Of a DNA stretch of 64,000 nt, positions 28,028-36,920 are shown piece by piece (the stretch's first letter is position 1; each line of letters starts with the position of its first letter). Position numbers and translations under genes: made by a program. This DNA comes from Deltaproteobacteria bacterium (GTDB taxonomy: Bacteria > Desulfobacterota > Binatia > HRBIN30 > JACQVA1): the NCBI GenBank assembly GCA_016178705.1, contig JACOST010000028.1:516951-580950 (forward strand), read 5' to 3'. The notes below the pieces were generated by a model. The model did not search any database. It was not told where the DNA came from and saw only the letters and a program-made list of their open reading frames with translations.

Positions 28028-28089
28028 GGGAGGGCGAAGCTTCCGCTGAGCCGCGGCAGTGCGCGGTTCGCCGGAAGGCTCGCCCTCCC
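28028..28089. repeat. REPIN copy 4 (GGAG-type)
   Basis: GGGAGGGCGAAGCTTCCGCTGAGCCGC...GCGGTTCGCCGGAAGGCTCGCCCTCCC. Confidence 0.9.
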
Positions 28090-28193
28090 TTTTCTTTGCG
28101 CGCGTACCTGAGTAAGACAGCCACATCATGCCGGACATGGATTGGGGCAAGTCGCTGTACGGAGAGTCGTCCGCACAAAAGAAGGAGCGAACA

Positions 28194-29882
28194 ATGGCCG
28201 TTGTCGATGGAGGCACTCTGGTCGGTCGAGTCCTGCGCGAACAGAATGTGAAGCATTTGTTCGCGATCAATGGCGGACACACGTTCCCGATTCTTGCGAA
28301 TCTGCGCAACAACGACATCAAGCTGATTCACATGCGGCACGAACAAGCGTGCGCGTACGCCGCCGATGCCTATGCGCGCACGACGGCGGGCGTCGGCGTG
28401 TGCAGCGTGACGGCGGGCTGCGGCCTGACCAACGCGGTGACTGGCTTGTGCGTGGCGGGACTGACGAACAGCGCCGTGGTGTGCATCGCCGGCCAGCATC
28501 CGACGACGGAGGACTACCTCGGTTCGTTCCAAGAGGCGTACGGCTCGGACGTCTGCCGCAGCTTTTCGAAGTACGTGAAGCGGGTGCTCGACTGGAGCAC
28601 GATCGAATTCGATTTGCGGCTGGCTTTCCGCGAAGCCCTCAGTCCGCCGCAAGGGGTGGGTTTGATCGAGATTCCCACCAACATTCTCTATCACGGCGAC
28701 GATGAGTCGAAGCAGCGCAAAGGCGCCAAGGTCTACGAGCCGGATGCCGTGCGCTCGCAAGGCGACCCGGCGCAAATCGAACGCGCGCTCGAACTGCTGG
28801 TGCGCGCGGAACGGCCGTTGATCGCGTGCGGCGATGGGATCTTCTGGTCACAGGCCGGCGCCGAGTTGCGCGAACTCGTCGACCTGACGCACATCCCAGC
28901 CTATGCGCGGCGAGCCGGGCAGGGTGCGATTGCCGAGGATCATCCGCTGGCGATCCGCGGCTCGTGGAAGAAGCCGTTCACCGGTCGCGCGGATGTGGTG
29001 TTGGCGATCGGCTTCCGCTTCTGGAGCGGCGAGCATTTCGGCGAGCCTCCGACATGGAACGACAAGGCGACCTATATCCAGGCCGATCCGGTGCCGAGCC
29101 GCATCGGGTGGCAGGTGCCGGCGGAAGTTGCGATCGTCGGCGATCCGAAGTTGGTGCTGCGCCAATTGATCGATACGGCCAAGCGCCTGAAGTTGGACTT
29201 CTCGCGTCAGCGCCAGTCGGCGTGGGTGAAGGAAGTCGCCGAGGTGCGTGCAAACTACGAGAACCTGATCGACGAGAGCGAACAGAAAGTGCGCGACCGC
29301 ACCCCTATTCATCCCGATCGACTGGCGCGCGATCTGTGCGCGGTGATGGACAAGGACGCCACGGTCGTCATCGACTCGTTCACGCTCAGCGGTTGGATGA
29401 CGCAGTGGTTCCGCGCTCGCTTTCCCGGACAAGTTGTCGATGCCGGTCCGCTGGCTCCGGTCGGTCATGGCGTCGGTATGGCGATCGGTGTGCAACTCGC
29501 GCGACCAGGTAAGCAAGTCGTGCTCGTCACCGGCGACGGCGGCCTCGGCATCGGCGGCTGGGACATCGAAACCGCGCTGCGCTACGATCTGCCAGTCCAA
29601 ACCGTGCTGTGGAACAACAGCTCATGGGGCCCGAGCTTTGAGCAGATGCCGTTGCTCAAAGGCCGCACCGATCCGTTCAACATGATCGAGAACATCCGGT
29701 ACGATCAGATGTTCAAGATCATGGGTTGTCACGGCGAGCACGCCGAGAAACCCGACGAGATCGTCCCGGCGCTCGAACGCGCGTTCAAGTCCGGCAAAGC
29801 GTCGCTGATCAACGTGGTTGGCGACAAACGCGTGGGGCATCCGCGCTTAGGCGGTAATCTGCTCGGATCGACGCAGGTCTGA
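28194..29882 (+). CDS. thiamine diphosphate-dependent enzyme (acetolactate synthase / 2-hydroxyacyl-CoA lyase-like)
   Basis: MRHEQ catalytic Glu; GDG...NN ThDP motif; AGGAG RBS. Confidence 0.9.
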   Translation: MAVVDGGTLVGRVLREQNVKHLFAINGGHTFPILANLRNNDIKLIHMRHEQACAYAADAYARTTAGVGVCSVTAGCGLTNAVTGLCVAGLTNSAVVCIAGQHPTTEDYLGSFQEAYGSDVCRSFSKYVKRVLDWSTIEFDLRLAFREALSPPQGVGLIEIPTNILYHGDDESKQRKGAKVYEPDAVRSQGDPAQIERALELLVRAERPLIACGDGIFWSQAGAELRELVDLTHIPAYARRAGQGAIAEDHPLAIRGSWKKPFTGRADVVLAIGFRFWSGEHFGEPPTWNDKATYIQADPVPSRIGWQVPAEVAIVGDPKLVLRQLIDTAKRLKLDFSRQRQSAWVKEVAEVRANYENLIDESEQKVRDRTPIHPDRLARDLCAVMDKDATVVIDSFTLSGWMTQWFRARFPGQVVDAGPLAPVGHGVGMAIGVQLARPGKQVVLVTGDGGLGIGGWDIETALRYDLPVQTVLWNNSSWGPSFEQMPLLKGRTDPFNMIENIRYDQMFKIMGCHGEHAEKPDEIVPALERAFKSGKASLINVVGDKRVGHPRLGGNLLGSTQV

Positions 29883-29886
29883 GCGC

Positions 29887-31089
29887 TCAGATCGCGCCGC
29901 CGTCGCGCAGAGCGGCGATCTCCCGCGCTGACAAACCGAGCAACTCAGACAACACCTCGTCGGTATGTTGTCCGATCGTTGGCGGTGGCGTCACTGAGGG
30001 CTCCGGATCGTCCGAGAGTTTGATCGGCGTGCCGATCACCTTCACGCTGCCGCGTCCGGGATACTCGACCTCGCGCACGATGGCGCGTTCGACGAGGTGC
30101 GGATCGCGGCCGACTTCGGGGAGCGTCCGCACCGGTGCGCTGGGGATGCCGGCGGCGGCGACGGCGTGCGCCACGTCATCGCGGTTGCGAGTGATCGTCC
30201 ATTTTTCAACTTCGGCTTCGATCGTCTGCCAATCGGCGGCGCGCTCGGGCACGCCGTGCCAGCGCGCGTTGGCGAGCATGTCGGGACGGTCCATCAAGCG
30301 GCAGAGATCGAGCCAGTGTTGGTTCGACACGCACATGATGGCGACGTAGCCGCCATCGGCGCAGGGGAAGTTGTTGTACGGCGTGGCACCACCAACGACA
30401 TGCCGATTGCCGCTGCGAGTGATTTCCTGGTTCAGTTCGTAGAACGGCGCGAGATAGCTGAGCAGGGCGGGGACGGCGGCGTCGAACATCGCGACTTCGA
30501 CACGTTGCCCGCGTCCGGTTCGTTCGCGCTCCCGCAACGCAAGCAGGATTCCGGCGAGCAGATGCGTGGCGCCGAGCATATCGATGAACGTCGGTCCACA
30601 CTTCACCGGCGGTAAGTCGGGGTAGCCGGTGATGGCCATCGCGCCGACGAGGGCCTGAATGGTGAAGTCCATCGCGGGGTAGCCGACATATGGACCGGTG
30701 GTGCCGAAGCCGCTGCCAGAGGCGAAGACGAGGCGCGGATTGCGCACGCTGACCACGTCGTAGCCGATGCCGAGTCGTTCCATCACGCCGGCGGCGAAGT
30801 TTTCGACGATCACGTCTGCATGTTCGGTGAGCTGCAGAAACAGCTCGCGTCCGCGCTCGTGCTTGAGGTTGATGGTGACGCCGCGCTTGTTGGCGTTGAG
30901 CATGAGGAACGGATAGCTGGCGCCGCCGGGCGAGCGGTCCATGCGCCGCAAGACGTCGCCCTGCGGCGACTCGATCTTGATGACGTCGGCGCCGTGATGC
31001 GCGAGCAGGAGTGAGCAGTACGGGCCGTTGTAGATCTGCCCCAGTTCGAGCACGGTGAGGCCGGCGAGCGGTCGCGTCGACGCGGTCAT
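29887..31089 (-). CDS. CaiB/BaiF family (class III) CoA transferase
   Basis: PLAGLTVLEL, GADVIKIE, NANKR, ADVIVENF, GFGTTGPY, PPTIGQHTDEVL. Confidence 0.93.
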   Translation of the reverse strand: MTASTRPLAGLTVLELGQIYNGPYCSLLLAHHGADVIKIESPQGDVLRRMDRSPGGASYPFLMLNANKRGVTINLKHERGRELFLQLTEHADVIVENFAAGVMERLGIGYDVVSVRNPRLVFASGSGFGTTGPYVGYPAMDFTIQALVGAMAITGYPDLPPVKCGPTFIDMLGATHLLAGILLALRERERTGRGQRVEVAMFDAAVPALLSYLAPFYELNQEITRSGNRHVVGGATPYNNFPCADGGYVAIMCVSNQHWLDLCRLMDRPDMLANARWHGVPERAADWQTIEAEVEKWTITRNRDDVAHAVAAAGIPSAPVRTLPEVGRDPHLVERAIVREVEYPGRGSVKVIGTPIKLSDDPEPSVTPPPTIGQHTDEVLSELLGLSAREIAALRDGGAI

Positions 31090-31211
31090 GATTGGGGGGG
31101 TGTAGCAGGTGTCGCCGGGCAGGGGCCAGCGGCGACGCAATTCAATACCCGGCTTGCGCTACCGCTGGCAGACGCTGATACTCGCGGCAAATCTCATCCG
31201 GAGGTGCTGTG

Positions 31212-31859
31212 ATGAAGCTCTACAACATGAACCTGAGCAACTTCGCTTCGAAGTGCCGGCTGGCGATCTACGAGAAGAACGCGCCGGTCGACATCGTCGC
31301 GATTCCCGGCGGCGAGTTGAAGTCACCCGAGTATTTGAAAGTCTACCCACTCGGGAAGACGCCGGCGCTGGAAGTGAACGGGCAGATCATCGGCGAATCG
31401 GAAGTCATCGTCGAATACTTCGAAGAGAAGTTTCCCGACAAGCCGTTGCTGCCGAAGGACCCCGAGAGCCGGGCGCGGTCGCGTGGCTTCGGCCGTTTCC
31501 ACGATCTGTATCTCGAACCACCGATCCGGGCGCTGTTCCCGCAAGTGGCGGCGAAGGAGAAGGATCAGAAGTTGATCGCCGACAAGCTGGCGGAAATCAA
31601 AACCCGCTTCGATCAACTCGAAGGCATGTTGTCGTCGGGGCCGTACGCGTTGGGGAGCGCGTTCACGCTGGCCGACTGCGCGGTGATCCCGACGATGTTC
31701 TTCGCTAACTTGCTGTTGCCGATGCTCGGTGGCGCGGCGCCGACCGAGGGGCGTCCGAAGCTCGCCGCATGGTGGGCCAAGGTGCAAGAGCGCCCCGCCG
31801 TGCAGAAGGTGCTCGGCGAGCAGCAGCAGGCTCTGATGGAGATGCAGCAGCGGCGGTAG
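31212..31859 (+). CDS. glutathione S-transferase family protein
   Basis: SNF, PLGKTPAL, GESEVI.EY, FTLADC. Confidence 0.92.
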   Translation: MKLYNMNLSNFASKCRLAIYEKNAPVDIVAIPGGELKSPEYLKVYPLGKTPALEVNGQIIGESEVIVEYFEEKFPDKPLLPKDPESRARSRGFGRFHDLYLEPPIRALFPQVAAKEKDQKLIADKLAEIKTRFDQLEGMLSSGPYALGSAFTLADCAVIPTMFFANLLLPMLGGAAPTEGRPKLAAWWAKVQERPAVQKVLGEQQQALMEMQQRR

Positions 31860-31895
31860 GGGTCAGGGGCTAGGGGTTAGGGGTTAGGGTCTGGG
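31857..31895. repeat. G-rich heptamer tract (YTAGGGG)n with G-quadruplex potential
   Basis: TAGGGG TCAGGGG CTAGGGG TTAGGGG TTAGGG TCTGGG. Confidence 0.75.
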
Positions 31896-32012
31896 AAACG
31901 GCCGGCGCCCTACGCGGGCGATGGTGTTGAGTGCCGCGTCGTCGATTGATGTGGCGATAGCTCGCGCCGCCTGAACGTAGGCATCTCGACTCATCGCACT
32001 GGAGGATCACTC

Positions 32013-32792
32013 ATGGGCTACGAATTCATCAAATACGAGAAGGACGGGCGCATCGCCCGCATCATGATCAATCGGCCGGAGGTGATGAATTCCCTGCACC
32101 CGATGGCGAATCAGGAACTGTCGGCGATCTTCGACGATTTCGCGGGCGATCCCGAGTGTTGGGTGGCGATCGTCACCGGCGCGGGTGAGAAGGCGTTCTC
32201 GGCGGGCAACGACCTGAAGTACTCGGCGCAGCACGGCATGGGTGCGGTATCGATGGGCAAGGGCGGTTTTGGCGGCCTCACCGCGCGCTTCGATTTGTTC
32301 AAGCCGGTGATCGCGGCGGTCAACGGCTTCGCGCTCGGTGGCGGGTTCGAGATCGCGCTCGCGTGCGACATCATCGTCGCCGCCGATCACGCCCGCTTCG
32401 GCTTGCCGGAGCCCAAGGTCGGCTTGGCGGCGCTGGCCGGCGGCATGCAGCGATTGCCGCGCCACATTCCGCCGAAAATCGCGATGGGTCTGATGCTCAC
32501 CGGCCGTCATCTGATGGCGGCGGATGCGCTCAAACTCGGCATCGTCAACGAGGTCGTGCCGTTTAAGGACTTGGCGGCCACGGCGGATCGCTGGGCGAAT
32601 GAGATTCTCGAATGCTCGCCAACCTCGGTGCGCGCCACTAAGCAGGTCGCACTCCTCAGCGAGGGGATGCCGCTCGAAGATTCGCTCAAGAAATCCTATC
32701 CGTTGGTCGGTGCCCTGTTCGGGTCGGAAGACATGATGGAGGGCGTTACAGCGTTTGCGCAGAAGCGCAAGCCGCAGTGGAAGGGGAAGTAA
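32013..32792 (+). CDS. enoyl-CoA hydratase (CaiD-like)
   Basis: INRPEVMNSL, FSAGNDLK, GGGFE, FGLPE, AFAQKRKPQWKG. Confidence 0.93.
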   Translation: MGYEFIKYEKDGRIARIMINRPEVMNSLHPMANQELSAIFDDFAGDPECWVAIVTGAGEKAFSAGNDLKYSAQHGMGAVSMGKGGFGGLTARFDLFKPVIAAVNGFALGGGFEIALACDIIVAADHARFGLPEPKVGLAALAGGMQRLPRHIPPKIAMGLMLTGRHLMAADALKLGIVNEVVPFKDLAATADRWANEILECSPTSVRATKQVALLSEGMPLEDSLKKSYPLVGALFGSEDMMEGVTAFAQKRKPQWKGK

Positions 32793-32821
32793 CCCTCGCC
32801 CCGTCAGGGGTGCCTAAGATG

Positions 32822-32860
32822 ACAGAAGCCCGAGGGAGATACTCTCCCTCGGGCTTCTGT
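32822..32860. terminator. strong hairpin between convergent crotonase and tRNA-Gly; probable bidirectional terminator
   Basis: ACAGAAGCCCGAGGGAGA-TAC-TCTCCCTCGGGCTTCTGT, perfect 18-bp stem. Confidence 0.8.
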
Positions 32861-32869
32861 GCTTGTCAG

Positions 32870-32943
32870 AGCGGGCGACCGGGTTCGAACCGGCGACTTC
32901 AACCTTGGCAAGGTTGCGCTCTAGCCAGCTGAGCTACGCCCGC
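32870..32943 (-). tRNA. tRNA-Gly(GCC)
   Basis: Reverse complement GCGGGCGTAGCTCAGCTGGCTAGAGCGCAACCTTGCCAAGGTTGAAGTCGCCGGTTCGAACCCGGTCGCCCGCT; CCA not encoded. Confidence 0.97.
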
Positions 32944-32952
32944 ACGCATCGG

Positions 32953-32981
32953 AATCTAGCGAAGGATTGCCGCGGAGTCAA
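32953..32981 (-). promoter_or_regulatory. sigma70-type promoter of tRNA-Gly
   Basis: TTGACT-17 nt-TAGATT on the minus strand, ending 9 nt before the tRNA 5' end. Confidence 0.75.
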
Positions 32982-33041
32982 AACAGACTGAACGAACAGG
33001 CGGAAACGAATACCAGGACGGCACTGCGCGTCTAATCGGCC

Positions 33042-33515
33042 ATGAATCGTATTGCGAAACACGAACTCCCCAAGCAGCGGGTCGCCGCGCGCATGCGCCG
33101 TTTGGGGCTTGCCGTCCGTTCCGTGCACTCCAACCTGGGACACGATCTGTTGGTCGACGATCATCTGCTGGTCAGTTTGCGCGTCGCCTTTCCCAGCGTT
33201 CGCCATCACCGCGTGCGTGTGGGTGGGCGCGAGTACCGTTATCGGTACCCCAGTTGGCACTTCAACTTTCACCACCACGGCGAGATGAAGGATCGCTATA
33301 CCGACTTTTTCGTCTGCGTCGCGGTGCCGCCGGCGAACGCAGCACGCGCCACGGAGATCTTTGTGATTCCCTGGGAGGGCCTGCGTGGTAAGACGTTCTC
33401 GTTGCACGCCGGCCGCCACCGCTACGCGGGGCAATACGCCTGCTATCGCGACGGTTGGGCGCAACTTGTTGAGGCGGTTCGGCGCGAAGCAACCCACCTC
33501 CGCGCGGTTGCCTAA
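33042..33515 (+). CDS. hypothetical protein, possible degenerate PD-(D/E)XK nuclease fold
   Basis: HDLLVD..., TDFFVCV...EIFVIP..., YACYRDGW pattern; the expected ExK reads SLR. Confidence 0.65.
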   Translation: MNRIAKHELPKQRVAARMRRLGLAVRSVHSNLGHDLLVDDHLLVSLRVAFPSVRHHRVRVGGREYRYRYPSWHFNFHHHGEMKDRYTDFFVCVAVPPANAARATEIFVIPWEGLRGKTFSLHAGRHRYAGQYACYRDGWAQLVEAVRREATHLRAVA

Positions 33516-33684
33516 CCTCAGTCCGATAAAGGAGAGGAAACCGCCGATGTACGCCGATGAACGCAGATGCGGAATTCGGCGCGACTGGCGACTCATCGCG
33601 TGATCACCACATGCGCTCCGATCAGATTTAGCGATCTCTCCTGTCTTGGCGGAACGCTCTGATCGGCGGACATCGCGGAGATGG

Positions 33685-34125
33685 CTACGGAGTGACGGTG
33701 ATGGTCACCGAGTCGCTGTCGGTCCGCCCGTCGGGGTCGCGAATGGTAACGGTCGTGTTGTACTCGCCCGGCTTTTCGTAAACGTGGTTTGGGCTCTGCT
33801 CCTTGACGTGCGGCGTCCCATCGCCGAAGTCCCATTCGAAGAGGGAGGGTCCGTCGGTGCAGCCGCCTTCGGCCTGCATCGAAGCGTTGAACGGCGCCTT
33901 GCCTTCGATGTTGGGAGGTACGGCGACGACCGCGCAGTGCGGCGGCTCGGGCGTGGTCGGCACTTCCGGTGCGGCGACCCGGGGCGGCGGTGGCGGCGGC
34001 AGCTTGCCCTCGATTCGTCGTGGTTGCGGTGGCGGCGGGGCTTCGGTGCACGACCGGCACGACGAAAGCAGGACGGCCGTGGAAAGCAACAGACTGAGGA
34101 GCAACAAGCGGCGTACGGACGACAT
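33685..34125 (-). CDS. exported PKD-domain protein with Pro-rich linker
   Basis: Signal peptide with possible lipobox (LSSC), GKAPF, WDFGDG, HVYEKPGEY. Confidence 0.82.
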   Translation of the reverse strand: MSSVRRLLLLSLLLSTAVLLSSCRSCTEAPPPPQPRRIEGKLPPPPPPRVAAPEVPTTPEPPHCAVVAVPPNIEGKAPFNASMQAEGGCTDGPSLFEWDFGDGTPHVKEQSPNHVYEKPGEYNTTVTIRDPDGRTDSDSVTITVTP

Positions 34126-34188
34126 AGCGGCACTTTGTAGCGGGGCGGAGGCGGGGGCGTCAAGCCATCGTGGTCACCCTGTCGATGG

Positions 34189-34977
34189 TCAGTCCGTCGG
34201 CTCCTCTCCGTTGGGTTCGGTCTGCTCGGGTTCATCCACTTGGATTTCGATCTCCTTGCTGCCCTGCTGCCCGTTGGTGTGGGTGACCGTGAGCTTCAGC
34301 GTGTAGGTCCCCGCCGCGATGTAGACGTGTTCCGCGTTCTTGCCGCGCGTCGAGCCGCCGTCACCGAACGACCACTCGTACGCGGCCACATCGTTCTCCA
34401 TATCGTCCGGGACCACAGCGGACAGTTTCGTTTTCAGCGGCGCCGGGCCGATGTCGGGATCGGCTTCGATGTCGACGTCGAAGCCTTCCTCGGTGACGTC
34501 GATGCTGAACTCGCGCGTCTCGTCGATCTCCGGTCCGGCGAGCGTCAACACCGCCGTGTATTCGCCTGCGTTGCGATAGCGGTGGATGGGGCTCTTGACG
34601 GTCACCGGCGGGCTGGCGTCGCCGAAGTCCCAGCGGAAGGTGAGACCCGCAGGCGGATCCTCGATGGTGAGCGTGAACTCGACATCGAGAGGCGCGCCGC
34701 CGGAGGTTGGTTCGGCGTCGGCGTCGAAAGTGAAACCGCTCCCCGGCTCGTCGGCGCTGTCGTCGGACTCCTCGGCGGGCGGCGCGGTTGGGGCGATGAT
34801 GAGTCCGGCTCCCATCGACGGGGCGACGATGCGTCCGGCCGCGGGTACCGCAGCGGAATCACTCACGTCAGCGTCGCCTGCCCCGCCGCAACCGATGAAG
34901 CGGCAGCCCATCAGTGCGAGGCACAAGAGCAATGGCGCTTGCGTGATCCAGTGGCGCGCGCGCGCGTTCCGATTCAT
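34189..34977 (-). CDS. exported protein with two PKD domains (probable lipoprotein)
   Basis: LALMGC lipobox-like; GGAPL..WDFGD..HRY..AGEY and GPAPL..WSFGDG..HVY..AGTY. Confidence 0.85.
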   Translation of the reverse strand: MNRNARARHWITQAPLLLCLALMGCRFIGCGGAGDADVSDSAAVPAAGRIVAPSMGAGLIIAPTAPPAEESDDSADEPGSGFTFDADAEPTSGGAPLDVEFTLTIEDPPAGLTFRWDFGDASPPVTVKSPIHRYRNAGEYTAVLTLAGPEIDETREFSIDVTEEGFDVDIEADPDIGPAPLKTKLSAVVPDDMENDVAAYEWSFGDGGSTRGKNAEHVYIAAGTYTLKLTVTHTNGQQGSKEIEIQVDEPEQTEPNGEEPTD

Positions 34978-35184
34978 CGCGAGTCATTTACTGGGGCCGC
35001 AGCGGGTGTGTCAATTCGCCGAGCGCTCGCTCGTCCTCACGGAGAGCCAGATTCGGAGGAAGAGAACTCAACGCAAAGTCGCCACGGCGCAAAGGCGCAA
35101 GGCGAGTATTCTTTGAAGGAGGGCTCATCCCTCTGAGCTACTACTCCCGAAAGTCGTTGTGCATCGCGAAGCGTTTTGCCAGCC

Positions 35185-35219
35185 ACCTTCGACTTTGGAC
35201 TTTGAACCTTGAACTTCGG
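35185..35219. repeat. heptamer tandem repeat x5
   Basis: ACCTTCG ACTTTGG ACTTTGA ACCTTGA ACTTCGG. Confidence 0.7.
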
Positions 35220-35271
35220 ATTGAGGCTCGGTTGCGTGGGTACAGGGCGTATGTTAGCTGACCGCACGCGC

Positions 35272-35344
35272 GGCGGCGTACCCAAGTGGTTAAGGGAGGG
35301 GTCTGCAAAACCCCGATGCAGCGGTTCGAATCCGCTCGCCGCCT
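35272..35344 (+). tRNA. tRNA-Cys(GCA)
   Basis: GGCGGCGTACCCAAGTGGTTAAGGGAGGGGTCTGCAAAACCCCGATGCAGCGGTTCGAATCCGCTCGCCGCCT. Confidence 0.96.
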
Positions 35345-35371
35345 TTCTCGCCTGTATGCCCGGACCGGCCG

Positions 35372-35456
35372 GCCGGGGTGGTGGAACTGGCAGACACACA
35401 GGACTTAAAATCCTGTGGGGGTTTCCCCCGTGCGGGTTCGAGCCCCGCCCCCGGCA
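35372..35456 (+). tRNA. tRNA-Leu(TAA)
   Basis: GCCGGGGTGGTGGAACTGGCAGACACACAGGACTTAAAATCCTGT, long variable arm, GGTTCGAGCCCCGCCCCCGGCA. Confidence 0.96.
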
Positions 35457-35542
35457 CTTGCACTAACAGCCGCCCGGCGCGACGTTGCAGATAGTAGAGG
35501 ACGTGCGCTATAGCCCCGTCTTCAGCGCAGGGGCGATAGCCA

Positions 35543-36523
35543 ATGCCATTTTTCCTTCGCAAGGCGATGACGTTCGGTCCGCTTCGACTGAACGTATCCA
35601 AGTCGGGTCTCGGGGTGTCAGTCGGCGTCAAGGGCGCGAGGATAGGGATTCGCGGTTCAGACGGCCAGCCGTACGTGCACGGCGGGCGGTACGGGTTGTA
35701 CTACAGGCAGAATCTGGGGTCGGTGAAGCCGGGCGGTGGTGGCACCAGCCAAGGGACGCGTCCCGTGAAGCGTGATGCTGAAGCTCAGATCGAGCGCGCT
35801 ACTGCAATTGTTGTTGAAGTGCTTGAGGAAACACGTGACGACTGGCTCCCTACCTTCCGGTACGAACTCGATATCACGTTGCACCCGAGTGGAAAATTTG
35901 AGGATGAGGACTCCGCGACGACGAAAGAGAAGAGACGACTTGCCGACGAATTGGTGGAAGAGGCTCAAGGGCGGCTCACGCGTGAGGGCTTCCCGGTCGG
36001 CGACGAAAAGTTCGATCGAGTGACTGGCGCTACCCTAAGCGAATTGATGCTACAAATGGCCTTTCCCGTGGAGTCGCGTCAGCCGTGGGGCGTGGAGCTC
36101 GACGACATGCTCGGCAGAGTCGCGGACGTGGCCACGCAAATTGTGCATCTACGCAGGTTCGATACATGGGCAAGAGTGGCTCCAGGCGGCCAACTACCCA
36201 CCGACCAACGGGTATGGAGTCAGCGGGTAGGGGATGTAGCGATGGAATTGAATAATATCATCATGCTTGAGTTGAAACGCCAAGGGCTGGTGCTGGAGAG
36301 CAATCCGATCTACCTGGCGCGTCTCAACGACGTAGCCGCCGACGTGGTGGGAGCGAGCATCTTGCACCCCACACCCGATGTGATCTCGTGGCACCACCAG
36401 GGTTGCCCACCCAGAGGAGCCGCCCCCTCGGTCGACCCAGAGCAACAAATGAAGGCGGACCCTGAGTTGGCGCAGCCCGCGCCACAGCTTCACGGCGGGG
36501 TCATGGCCGTATGGCTTTTCTAG
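35543..36523 (+). CDS. DUF4236 domain-containing protein
   Basis: N-terminus MPFFLRKAMTFGPLRLNVSKSGLGVSVGVKGARIG...GLYYRQ; C-terminal part unrecognised; atypical codon usage. Confidence 0.75.
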   Translation: MPFFLRKAMTFGPLRLNVSKSGLGVSVGVKGARIGIRGSDGQPYVHGGRYGLYYRQNLGSVKPGGGGTSQGTRPVKRDAEAQIERATAIVVEVLEETRDDWLPTFRYELDITLHPSGKFEDEDSATTKEKRRLADELVEEAQGRLTREGFPVGDEKFDRVTGATLSELMLQMAFPVESRQPWGVELDDMLGRVADVATQIVHLRRFDTWARVAPGGQLPTDQRVWSQRVGDVAMELNNIIMLELKRQGLVLESNPIYLARLNDVAADVVGASILHPTPDVISWHHQGCPPRGAAPSVDPEQQMKADPELAQPAPQLHGGVMAVWLF

Positions 36524-36920
36524 CCCTTTTGTTTTCCTATCTTGTGGTTGTTTTGGCCAAATAGGTGGCGATCCGGTTGCATCGAGACGCTTGCGGACAA
36601 GTCAACAATACAGTTGAGCTAGACGGGAAGGACGTGGCGCTGCGAACCAGCCCAGCCAGCGCCGGTAACCCGCCAGAGGACACCAGCACCAAACGCTCAG
36701 GCCGCCGTGATCGCGGTCGGTCCGGGCCGCTAGTGCAACGCTCAGTCTTTCATCTGCCGATGTTCGAGCGAGGGTCGGTGATGGCAACGGCATTGGAGAA
36801 GTGCCGAGTGGCGCGTAGCGAGTCACCTGGTTTGCCCGTGCGTGATAGCTGCGCGATGTCGAGGAAAGAGGAGGCGCTCTTGGCCGCGGACGATCTACCT
36901 AGTACAAATGCTAGAGGTAC

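Noticed and set aside
27267-28089. CRISPR array from four near-identical repeats
   Set aside because: Units are 53-68 bp palindromes with variable interiors, interrupted by a RAYT gene, with no cas genes; they are REPINs.
28090-28193. TPP riboswitch upstream of the ThDP enzyme
   Set aside because: No CTGAGA/ACCTG...AGCG architecture seen; CTGAG hits nearby mostly belong to the REP arms.
31857-31895. Telomere or eukaryotic contamination
   Set aside because: Short, degenerate, 7-bp period and embedded between normal bacterial genes.
36466-36564. Frameshifted TM tail (MAFLALLFSYLVVVLAK) for the DUF4236 protein
   Set aside because: Hydrophobic alternative frame exists, but there is no clear slippage site or homology support; needs a BLASTx check.
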